Below, piece after piece: positions 17,718-25,837 of a stretch of 28,343 nucleotides of DNA. Origin of the DNA: an uncultured Candidatus Saccharibacteria bacterium (GTDB taxonomy: Bacteria > Patescibacteriota > Minisyncoccia > UBA6257); assembly GCA_964549875.1 (NCBI GenBank), contig CAZJVL010000001.1:1-28343 (forward strand), given 5' to 3'. The translations under genes and the position numbers were made by a program. Under the pieces are notes generated by a model. The model ran no database searches. It was not told the origin of the DNA and saw only the letters and a program-made list of their open reading frames with translations. The number at the start of each line of letters is the position of its first letter. The stretch's first letter is position 1.

Positions 17718-18173
17718 ATGTTTCCAAAAAATGAAATTTTGTTATATAATTTGACTAATGAGAAGATTCCTCCAAAAAGATTTTTCCAAGAATTAATTAA
17801 CGAAGTTTTAGTTATTTTAAAAGAGAAAGATAAAGTCAGCCTGTCGTTAGTTTTTATCACTCCTCAATCTATTAGACAATTAAATAAGTTTTGGCGCCAT
17901 AAGAATAAAACTACTACTGTTCTTTCATTTCCTCTCACCGAAAACTTGCCTTTAGGGCTGAGGGGAGAGAAGAAATCGTTGGGAGATATATTCCTCTGTC
18001 CGTGGCAGATAAAATCCCAGGCGCAAAAACTGAATATCCCTCTTATTTCACTTTACCGCAAATTAATAATTCACAGCTTGCTTCATCTTTATGGCTATGA
18101 TCACTCGCAGATAGAAACGCGGCAAAAAATGGAAAGATTAGAAGATAAAATTTTCAGGTTAGTTAATAAATAA
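17718..18173 (+). CDS. ybeY: rRNA maturation endoribonuclease YbeY
   Basis: LNKFWRHKNKTTTVLSF, LGDIFLC, metal motif HSLLHLYGYDH. Confidence 0.93.
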   Translation: MFPKNEILLYNLTNEKIPPKRFFQELINEVLVILKEKDKVSLSLVFITPQSIRQLNKFWRHKNKTTTVLSFPLTENLPLGLRGEKKSLGDIFLCPWQIKSQAQKLNIPLISLYRKLIIHSLLHLYGYDHSQIETRQKMERLEDKIFRLVNK

Positions 18174-18174
18174 T

Positions 18175-19395
18175 ATGAGCTCTCCTATTTTAGCTATAGA
18201 TTTAGGTTCGGCAAATATAAAAGCATTAGTTGCTCAAATTGATGCCCAAGAAGGGTGGAATATTATTTTACCAGCTTGTCGTAAATCCAGAGGCATTAAA
18301 GAAGGAGTAGTTAATAATTTAGAGGAAGCAGCTGAAGAGCTTGATAAAATGATAGCTGAGATAGAGGCGATGCTGAAGAATGTTGTTTTTAGAGAAGCTA
18401 TTGTTGGCATTGGAGGCCCCCATTTAGAAGCTCGTCTTTCAAAAGGAGTTGCTGTGGTTGCTCGACCTGATCAAGAAATAGGTGAGGATGATGTTTATAG
18501 GGCCAATAAGGCGGCAGAAGCTTTTGCTTTGCCCCCAAACAGGAGTTTAATCCAAACCGCTTTAAAAAGTTATGTTGTTGATGGGGTGGCAAAAGTAAAA
18601 GACCCTGTGGGAATGAAAGGATTAAAAATAGAAACTGAGTGCCTTTTGATAGATGCTTTTACTCCTTTTGTTCATTCTCTTGATCGTCTAGGAGAAATGA
18701 TTAATGTAAAATTTAATCCGAAGTTTATTCTTCCCTATGCTGGGGCAGAAATAGCGCTTAATGCTCAAGACAAGGATTTAGGGGCAATGGCGCTGGATTT
18801 AGGCGCCGGCACCACCAGTCTTTGTGTCTATGAAAATAATGAGATTTTAGATTTGAAAATTTTTCCGATGGGAGGAAATGCCGTCACTAATGATATTGCT
18901 GTTGGTTTAAAAACAAGTGTTGATATAGCAGAAAAAATTAAAATTAATGAGGGCATTGCTTTAAAAAAGAGAGTGATTAAAAATGAAGATATAAATTGGG
19001 GTGTTTATTATGAAGAGGATAATGCCGGCGACAAGGTAAATAGGAAATTTTTAGCCGAAATAATAGAAGCTCGTCTCTCGGAAATTTTTGATTTAGTTGC
19101 TAAGAGATTAAAAGAAATAGACCGATTTGAAAAATTGCCCGGGGGTGTGGTTATTTATGGAGGAGGGGCCAAGATGCCTTTTATTGTTGATTTGGCAAAG
19201 GAAAGATTAAAACTTCCAGTTCGCGCGGCAAAACCCGAGATAGAATGGTATAAGGAATCAGCGGATTTAAGTTTTGTATCGGTTTTAGGATTGTTAGCTT
19301 TAAAGACTCAAACCCAAAGGGAAGGTTTTTCGCCGTTAGAGACAGGGGCTTGGAAAAAGATAACTCGCTTTTTTAAAAACACTTTTTCTATTTAA
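18175..19395 (+). CDS. ftsA: Cell division protein FtsA
   Basis: AIDLGSANIKA, LDLGAGTT, GGNAVTNDIA, EIIEARLSEIF, GVVIYGGGAKM, C-terminal amphipathic helix WKKITRFFKNTF. Confidence 0.96.
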   Translation: MSSPILAIDLGSANIKALVAQIDAQEGWNIILPACRKSRGIKEGVVNNLEEAAEELDKMIAEIEAMLKNVVFREAIVGIGGPHLEARLSKGVAVVARPDQEIGEDDVYRANKAAEAFALPPNRSLIQTALKSYVVDGVAKVKDPVGMKGLKIETECLLIDAFTPFVHSLDRLGEMINVKFNPKFILPYAGAEIALNAQDKDLGAMALDLGAGTTSLCVYENNEILDLKIFPMGGNAVTNDIAVGLKTSVDIAEKIKINEGIALKKRVIKNEDINWGVYYEEDNAGDKVNRKFLAEIIEARLSEIFDLVAKRLKEIDRFEKLPGGVVIYGGGAKMPFIVDLAKERLKLPVRAAKPEIEWYKESADLSFVSVLGLLALKTQTQREGFSPLETGAWKKITRFFKNTFSI

Positions 19396-19481
19396 TTTAT
19401 TAATGACATTATGGAAAAGAAAAATAAAAACACTTTTTCTATTTAATTTATTAATGACATTATGGAAAAGAAAAATAAAAA
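19374..19481. repeat. Perfect 51-bp tandem duplication spanning the ftsA stop and ftsZ start
   Basis: Period 51 over 108 nt, bounded by TAAAAA microhomology at 19374, 19425 and 19476. Confidence 0.95.
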
Positions 19482-20721
19482 AAATATAAAAAATAAAGAG
19501 AATAAAGAGAATAAAGAGAATAAAGAGCATAAAGAGAAAGTTTTTAAAAAAGTTAAGCCGGCGAAAAGAGTAAAATCGCAAAGGAAACAAAAACCGAAAT
19601 CAAAAGTAGAGAAAAAAGAAAGGAGAGAATTTTTAAATAAGAATATCTGTATAAAAATAATCGGCGTTGGCGGGGCTGGTTGTAATGTAGTTAATAGAAT
19701 GAAGGAGAAAAGACTTGAGGGAGTGGATTTTATTGCTATCAATACAGACATTCAAGGGCTGCAGCATACAAAATCTGATTTTAAAATTCAAATTGGAAAA
19801 GAATCTTGCCGCGGATTGGGAGCAGGAATGGATCCATTAAAAGGAAAAGAAGCAGCAGAAGAAAATATTGAAGAAATTAATCAAGTTTTACAAGGCGCTG
19901 ATATGATTTTTCTTGCTTGTGGATTAGGCGGCGGGACAGGATCTGGCGCTTCGCCGATAATTGCCAATTTAGCTAAGCAAGCCGGAGCTTTAGTTGTTGG
20001 TGTCATTACTAAGCCCTTTGCTTTTGAAGGGGAAAAAAGAACAGAGATTGCTGAAGAGGCTTGGCAAAAACTTTTTAATGAAGTTGACGCTTTGGTGACG
20101 ATTCCCAATGATAGGATTTTTAACGTTATTAGTGAAGAAACGTCAATTTTAGACGCTTTTGGCAAAGTTGATGATATTTTGCGGCAGGGAGTAGAGGCGA
20201 TAGTTAATTTGATTTCCTATCCCGGTTTAATTAATTTAGATTTTGCTAATATCCGGACAATTCTTACCGAAGCCGGAAGCGCTTTATTAGGCATCGGAGT
20301 TTATAAAGGGCAAGATAGAGCTAAAAAAGCGGCAGAGTTGGCGATTTCCTCGCCTCTTTTAGATATTTCAATTGAAGGAGCAAAAAGAGTCCTTTTTAAT
20401 GTTGCCGGGACAAAAGATATGTCTTTAGTAGAAGTCCATAATGCCGCCCGGGTAATTACCCAATCAATAGCTAAAGATGGGCAAGTAATCTTTGGCACCA
20501 GTTTTGATAATGATCTTCACCAAGGGGAAATTAAAGTTACGGTTATTGCCGGGGGTTTTGGAGAAGAACAGCGAGAATTGAGCCCGGCACTGCCTTTAGA
20601 AATTAAGGTTCCTATTAATAAAGAGCCAGATGGAATAGAGAAAGAACAAGAAGAACAAAAAGAAGAATTTGAAATTCCTGCTTTTTTGAGGAGGAAAAAG
20701 AAAAAAGAAAACGAAGAATAA
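19462..20721 (+). CDS. ftsZ: Cell division protein FtsZ with a ~60-aa Lys-rich N-terminal extension
   Basis: IKIIGVGGAGCN, AINTD, GLGAGMDP, GGGTGSG, PFAFEG, INLDFA, C-terminal EIPAFLRRK. Confidence 0.98.
   Translation: MEKKNKKNIKNKENKENKENKEHKEKVFKKVKPAKRVKSQRKQKPKSKVEKKERREFLNKNICIKIIGVGGAGCNVVNRMKEKRLEGVDFIAINTDIQGLQHTKSDFKIQIGKESCRGLGAGMDPLKGKEAAEENIEEINQVLQGADMIFLACGLGGGTGSGASPIIANLAKQAGALVVGVITKPFAFEGEKRTEIAEEAWQKLFNEVDALVTIPNDRIFNVISEETSILDAFGKVDDILRQGVEAIVNLISYPGLINLDFANIRTILTEAGSALLGIGVYKGQDRAKKAAELAISSPLLDISIEGAKRVLFNVAGTKDMSLVEVHNAARVITQSIAKDGQVIFGTSFDNDLHQGEIKVTVIAGGFGEEQRELSPALPLEIKVPINKEPDGIEKEQEEQKEEFEIPAFLRRKKKKENEE
19492..19536 (+). repeat. In-frame 9-bp repeat (AATAAAGAG)x4 plus CATAAAGAG, encoding (NKE)4-HKE
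   Basis: Read directly within the ftsZ 5' end. Confidence 0.95.
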
Positions 20722-20798
20722 AAATCTGTATACTGTATAAATCAATTTTTTAATTTACAATTTACAATTTTCAATCAATTTTCAATTTTTAATTTACA
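20722..20798. repeat. TCTGTAT/ACTGTAT module plus CAATTT array; inverted copy of the htrA upstream modules
   Basis: 20752-20788 is the exact reverse complement of 9129-9165; CTGTATAAATCAA (20733-20745) equals 10494-10506. Confidence 0.93.
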
Positions 20799-20803
20799 CG
20801 GTA

Positions 20804-20925
20804 ACAAGAAACAAATTACAAGATACAAGATACAAACAAGATACAAGAAACAAAATACAAACTGTTTGTAATTTGTAATTTGTAATTTGTAATTCATTTG
20901 GAATTTGAAATTTGTAATTTGTAAT
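20804..20925. repeat. Self-contained inverted heptamer array (long imperfect hairpin)
   Basis: Left arm (ACAAxxx)x4-ACAA-x3 at 20804-20856; centre ACAAAC-T-GTTTGT at 20857-20869; right arm (TTGTAAT)x4-TCAT-x4 at 20866-20925. Confidence 0.9.
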
Positions 20926-20967
20926 TTAATACTCATTTTTCATTTTGATTTTTAAATTTATTTTTTT

Positions 20968-23900
20968 ATGTCTCCTCAAAAAAAATTTCATAACCATTTA
21001 AAAGAGGTCAGAAAAAGAACTGGCGAAATAGTGCCTTTTGAGAAGAAAAAAATAGAAGAAGCTATTTATAAAGCTTTAACAGCGACAGATGAAGGGGGGA
21101 AAACCTTGTCTCGGGAGTTATCAAATCGAGTTATTAGGATTCTCAATAGAAGGTTTAAAAAGGGAGAGATCCCTTCAGTTGAGGAAATACAAGATATTGT
21201 TGAAGAGGTTTTAATTTTGGAAAATTTAATTGAAACTTCAAAGGCGTATATCTTATATCGGGAGCAGAGAAGAAAATTAAGAGAAAGCCGTATTGTTTCT
21301 GAAGAAGCAGTAAGTTTAGTGGATGAATATCTAAACGAGAAAGATTGGCAGGTGAAAGAAAATAGCAATATGGCTTTTTCTTTGCAAGGATTGAATCATT
21401 ATGTCTCTGCTTATGTGGCTAAAAAATATTGGTTAAGAAAGATCTATCCCAAAGAGGTAAAAGAAGCAGTAGAGAGAGGGGATTTTCATATTCATAATTT
21501 AGATATTTTAGCCACTTATTGCTGCGGCTGGGATTTATACGACCTTCTTGCAAAAGGGTTTGGAGGGGTTTTTGGAAAGATTCAATCAAAACCACCAAAA
21601 CATTTTGGTTCTGCTTTGGGACAGGTGGTTAATTTTTTTTATACCCTTCAAGGAGAAGGAGCTGGAGCTCAGGCCTTTTCTAACTTTGACACTCTTTTAA
21701 GTCCGTTTATTCGTTATGATAATTTAACGTTAAAAGAAGTAAAACAATCTTTACAGGAATTTCTTTTTAACTGCAATGTTCCAACTCGGGTAGGGTTCCA
21801 ATGTATTTCACAGGACACAGAAATATTAACTCCCAGTGGTTGGAAAAATTATCAGGAAGTTAAAAAAGGAGATACAATTACCACTTTTAATTTAAAAACC
21901 AAAGCATTAGAAAATAAAAAAGTTAGTTATGTATTTAAAAAGAGATATCAAGGAATAATGTATTCTTTGTGTAATCGAATACAGAATCAACTTATTTCTC
22001 CAAAACATCGTGTAGTAAGAAGAAAATTTTATGCTGAAGAATATAGTTTAGAGCCAATAGAAGAAGTAATGAAATTAAAATCTCCCTTTATAGTTCCTAT
22101 TGCTGGGGAAAATATAAAACCAGATGCAAAACTAAGCGATGAACAAATCAGATTAATGGCTTGGATTATTAGCGAAGGAACAATTGAAAAAAAATCAAAA
22201 TATCGCAGTTCCTACAGAGTTTCTATATATCAATCTAAAGCTAAAAACAGAAAAAATTATAAACAGATAGTTGATTTATTAAAATATTTTAAATTTAAAT
22301 ATTTAGAATATAAAACAGCGGCTTTAGGCGATGATGTTTGTAGAATAAGGTTAAACGCTGAGAGTTCTAAAATTATTCATCAATGGTTTGGTTCAAAGGA
22401 AAATGTCCATTTTATTCCAGAAATTTTAACCAATCTTAGCCAGAGACAGTCAAGATTATTTTTAGAGACATATCTTCGCGGAGATGGTTCTGAAGAGTGC
22501 AAGATATCCACTACAGAAATGAATTTATTAGACGGATTGCAAAGAATAATTATTAACGCCGGATATGGCTTTACTGTTTTAGAAAGAAAACCCACTATTG
22601 GCAAAAAAAACATATATGTTTTAAGAATTATTAAACATTCAGAAACTTATATCCAAAAAATAAAAAAAATTAATTATAAAGGAGTAATATGGTCAGTTCA
22701 TACGGAGAATGAAACAGTTATTGCCCGACGCCAAGGTAAAGTTTTTATCACCGGCAATACTCCTTTTGAGAATATTACACTAGATTTAAAAGTTCCAAAT
22801 CATTTCAGAGACCTGCCGGTTATAATTGGCGGTCAACCACAAAAAGAGACCTATAAAGATTTTCAAAAGGAAATGGATATTCTCAATCAGGCGCTTTGCG
22901 AAGTTTATACTGATGGCGATGCTAGCGGCAGAGTGTTTACATTTCCGATTCCCACTTATAACATTACTAAAGATTTTGATTGGAGGGATCCTAACTATGA
23001 CGGGATTTGGAAGATGACCGCGAAATATGGCCTTGCCTATTTTTCAAATTACATTAATTCTGATATGACGCCTGAAGACGCAAGGTCAATGTGTTGCCGG
23101 CTTCGCCTTGATAATCGTGAGCTTTATAAACGCGGAGGCGGTTTGTTTGGGGCTAATCCGCTAACTGGCTGTTATGATGAAAAAACTGAAGTTTTAACTA
23201 AAAACGGTTGGAAATTTTTTAGAGATTTAAACAAAAACGATGAATTATTCACTTTAACCGAAGACAATAGAATAGAGTTACACAAACCAATTAAGGTTTT
23301 TCAATATGATTACGAGGGAGAGATGTATCATTTCCAAACAAGGTCTTTAGATTTATTTGTGACGCCAAATCATAGAATGGTAGTTGATCAAGTAATAAGC
23401 GAAAAAAGAAAGTTTGTTGAGGCTAAAAATTTTGATTTTAATAATCACCGCATTCCCAAGCAGTCCCTATGGGAAGGGGAAGAAAAAGAGTGGTTTATTT
23501 TGCCACCTATAGAATTTACTAAATACGGAAGACAGGGGAGAACTCTTTATCAAGTAGTAAGAAATGCTTTGAAAATTAAAATGGATTATTGGTTAAAGTT
23601 CTTTGGTATTTGGTTAGCAGAAGGTTGTATAGATAATGAGAAAATCGCTAAAAGACACGGCTATCGAGTAATTATTACTCAAGTAAATAAGCAAAATCGA
23701 GAAGAAATTAAAGAAGTTCTGGATAAGTTACCATTTCATTATTATATTGAGAGAGATAGCCACTTTATTATTTGTAATAAGCAGCTTTGGAGCTATTTGA
23801 AACAATTTGGAAATAGATACGTAAAATTTATTCCTCCAGAGATTAAAGAATTAAACAAAAGGCAATTGAAGATTCTTTTTGATTGGTTGGTAAAGGGGGA

Positions 23901-25086
23901 TGGTCATATAAGAAAAACAACTGGCCAGATAAATTATTGGACTACCTCTAAAAAATTAGCTAATGACCTCCAAGAAATAATTCTAAAATTAGGATGGTTA
24001 GGAACCTTAACCGAACAGAAAAACAAAGTTAGTAAAATTAAAGGAAGGGAAATTAAAGCTAGTACTCTTTATAACATTGGTGTTCAGAAAGCACTTCATT
24101 ACCGCTTACGGCCATCTAACCTTAGAAAGGTTTATTATAAAGGGAAAGTTTATTGTTGCGAAGTCTTAAACCACACCTTATTTGTCAGAAGAAATGGTAA
24201 GGTAAGTTGGTGTGGTAATTCTATTGGCGTCGTTACTATTAATTTACCCCGTTTGGCATATTTATCAAAGACCAAAAAAGAATTTTTCCAACAATTAACC
24301 CATATAATGGGGTTAGCGAAAACAAGTTTAGAAGTAAAAAGAAAAGTTTTGGAAGATTGGACAGAAAAAGGGCTTTATCCTTATGCCAAGTATTATCTTG
24401 CCAATGTTAAGAAGATGAGAGGAAGTTATTGGGGAAATCATTTTTCTACTATCGGGTTAATAGGGATGAATGAGGCGCTGCTTAATTTTTTGGGTATAGA
24501 TATAGGCAATAAAAAAGGCGTGGCTTTTGCTTCTGAGGTCCTTGATTTTATGCGAGAGAATCTTGTCAAGTATCAAGAAGAAACCGGGAATTTATATAAT
24601 TTAGAGGCAACGCCAGCTGAAGGCACCTCTTATCGTCTTGCCCTTAAGGATAAGCAGGACTTTCCTGATATTATTACTGCCGGCGAAAAAGAACCTTATT
24701 ATACGAATTCCACCCAATTGCCGGTAAATTATACTGATGATTTATTTGAAGCTTTAAAACTACAAGACGAACTCCAAACTAAATATTCAGGAGGGACTGT
24801 TTTCCATGCTTTTTTGGGTGAAGCAATTTCAGATCCTGAGGCAGTAAAATCCTTGATTAAACTTGTTTTTGAAAAGTTCCGTCTTCCTTATTTTACCTTG
24901 ACGCCAACTTTTTCTATCTGCCCGACTCACGGCTATATCGCTGGAGAGCATTTTATTTGCCCCAAATGCACTATTGAGCAGCCCTGTGAGGTTTATTCGC
25001 GAGTAGTGGGTTACCTCAGGCCGGTTCAGCAGTGGCATAAAGGAAAACAAGAAGAATTTAGCCAGCGGAAAACATTTAAAATATAA
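20968..25086 (+). CDS. nrdD: Anaerobic (class III) ribonucleoside-triphosphate reductase with ATP-cone; precursor with two inteins (703 aa predicted after splicing)
   Basis: ATP-cone, GDFHIHNL, YCCGW, SMCCRL, NLEATPAEG, TLTPTFSICPTHGY, glycyl-radical loop YSRVVGYLRP. 1372-319-350=703 aa. Confidence 0.96.
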   Translation: MSPQKKFHNHLKEVRKRTGEIVPFEKKKIEEAIYKALTATDEGGKTLSRELSNRVIRILNRRFKKGEIPSVEEIQDIVEEVLILENLIETSKAYILYREQRRKLRESRIVSEEAVSLVDEYLNEKDWQVKENSNMAFSLQGLNHYVSAYVAKKYWLRKIYPKEVKEAVERGDFHIHNLDILATYCCGWDLYDLLAKGFGGVFGKIQSKPPKHFGSALGQVVNFFYTLQGEGAGAQAFSNFDTLLSPFIRYDNLTLKEVKQSLQEFLFNCNVPTRVGFQCISQDTEILTPSGWKNYQEVKKGDTITTFNLKTKALENKKVSYVFKKRYQGIMYSLCNRIQNQLISPKHRVVRRKFYAEEYSLEPIEEVMKLKSPFIVPIAGENIKPDAKLSDEQIRLMAWIISEGTIEKKSKYRSSYRVSIYQSKAKNRKNYKQIVDLLKYFKFKYLEYKTAALGDDVCRIRLNAESSKIIHQWFGSKENVHFIPEILTNLSQRQSRLFLETYLRGDGSEECKISTTEMNLLDGLQRIIINAGYGFTVLERKPTIGKKNIYVLRIIKHSETYIQKIKKINYKGVIWSVHTENETVIARRQGKVFITGNTPFENITLDLKVPNHFRDLPVIIGGQPQKETYKDFQKEMDILNQALCEVYTDGDASGRVFTFPIPTYNITKDFDWRDPNYDGIWKMTAKYGLAYFSNYINSDMTPEDARSMCCRLRLDNRELYKRGGGLFGANPLTGCYDEKTEVLTKNGWKFFRDLNKNDELFTLTEDNRIELHKPIKVFQYDYEGEMYHFQTRSLDLFVTPNHRMVVDQVISEKRKFVEAKNFDFNNHRIPKQSLWEGEEKEWFILPPIEFTKYGRQGRTLYQVVRNALKIKMDYWLKFFGIWLAEGCIDNEKIAKRHGYRVIITQVNKQNREEIKEVLDKLPFHYYIERDSHFIICNKQLWSYLKQFGNRYVKFIPPEIKELNKRQLKILFDWLVKGDGHIRKTTGQINYWTTSKKLANDLQEIILKLGWLGTLTEQKNKVSKIKGREIKASTLYNIGVQKALHYRLRPSNLRKVYYKGKVYCCEVLNHTLFVRRNGKVSWCGNSIGVVTINLPRLAYLSKTKKEFFQQLTHIMGLAKTSLEVKRKVLEDWTEKGLYPYAKYYLANVKKMRGSYWGNHFSTIGLIGMNEALLNFLGIDIGNKKGVAFASEVLDFMRENLVKYQEETGNLYNLEATPAEGTSYRLALKDKQDFPDIITAGEKEPYYTNSTQLPVNYTDDLFEALKLQDELQTKYSGGTVFHAFLGEAISDPEAVKSLIKLVFEKFRLPYFTLTPTFSICPTHGYIAGEHFICPKCTIEQPCEVYSRVVGYLRPVQQWHKGKQEEFSQRKTFKI
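21802..22758 (+). mobile_element. Intein 1 (319 aa, NrdD residues 279-597) with a LAGLIDADG-type homing endonuclease domain
   Basis: Junctions RVGFQ|CISQDTEILTPSGWK and RRQGKVFITGN|TPFENITLDL; block B SPKH; endonuclease-like AWIISEG and TYLRGDG. Confidence 0.93.
23170..24219 (+). mobile_element. Intein 2 (350 aa, NrdD residues 735-1084) with a LAGLIDADG-type homing endonuclease domain
   Basis: Junctions ANPLTG|CYDEKTEVLTKNGWK and RRNGKVSWCGN|SIGVVTINLPRL; block B TPNH; endonuclease-like GIWLAEG and WLVKGDG. Confidence 0.93.
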
Positions 25087-25118
25087 AGCTAAAATAGCAA
25101 AAGTTGTAAGTTAATTTT

Positions 25119-25814
25119 ATGCTTTTTGGCGGTTTACAAAAAACAACACTGGTTGATTTTCCGGGAAAAGTTGCAGCGACAGTTTTTACTTTGGGCTGTA
25201 ATTTCCGTTGTCCTTATTGCCATAACCCTGAATTGGTTCTGCCAGCATTAATAAATCAACAGCCAAGAATTTCGGAAAAAGAAGTTATTAATTTTTTAGA
25301 AAAACACAAAGGGTTTTTAGAAGGGCTATGTATTACTGGCGGAGAGCCAACAATTCATCCAGATTTGTCGGATTTTATCCGCAAAGTAAAAAACTTGGGT
25401 TTTTTGGTAAAACTGGATACTAATGGCTCTTATCCTGAAGTTTTAAAAAGATTAATTGAGGATAAATTAGTTGATTGGATCGCTATGGATATTAAAGCTC
25501 CGCCATTAAAGTATAATCTTTTTACCAAAGGGCAGATGGTTGTTGAAGCTATTAATCAAAGTATCCAAATCATCAAAGGAAGCCAAATTGATTATGAGTT
25601 TCGAACAACTTTAGCGCCAGAAATTCTCACCGAAAAAGATATTCTGGATATAGTTAATTGGATTAAACCGGCTTCTCGTTATTACCTTCAACGTTTTAAA
25701 AACAACAAAGTTTTAGAGAAAAAATTTAAAAATATTCAACCTTGGTCAGAACAAATAACACAGGATTTATTAAAACAAATAAAACCATATTTTTCTGAAT
25801 GCAGTCTTCGCTAA
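25119..25814 (+). CDS. nrdG: Anaerobic RNR activating enzyme (radical SAM)
   Basis: GCNFRCPYCHN (CxxxCxxC), ITGGEPT, KLDTNGS, AMDIKAP, YEFRTT; adjacent to nrdD. Confidence 0.95.
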   Translation: MLFGGLQKTTLVDFPGKVAATVFTLGCNFRCPYCHNPELVLPALINQQPRISEKEVINFLEKHKGFLEGLCITGGEPTIHPDLSDFIRKVKNLGFLVKLDTNGSYPEVLKRLIEDKLVDWIAMDIKAPPLKYNLFTKGQMVVEAINQSIQIIKGSQIDYEFRTTLAPEILTEKDILDIVNWIKPASRYYLQRFKNNKVLEKKFKNIQPWSEQITQDLLKQIKPYFSECSLR

Positions 25815-25837
25815 AAATTGTTCATTTTTAATTTGTT

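Noticed and set aside
20926-20967. NrdR box upstream of nrdD
   Set aside because: No match to the acaCwAtATaTwGtg-type palindrome was seen; the region is degenerate T-rich heptamers.
23170-24219. Class 3 intein, suggested by Cys at block F
   Set aside because: It begins with Cys1 and lacks the block-B Trp and block-G Thr of the WCT signature.
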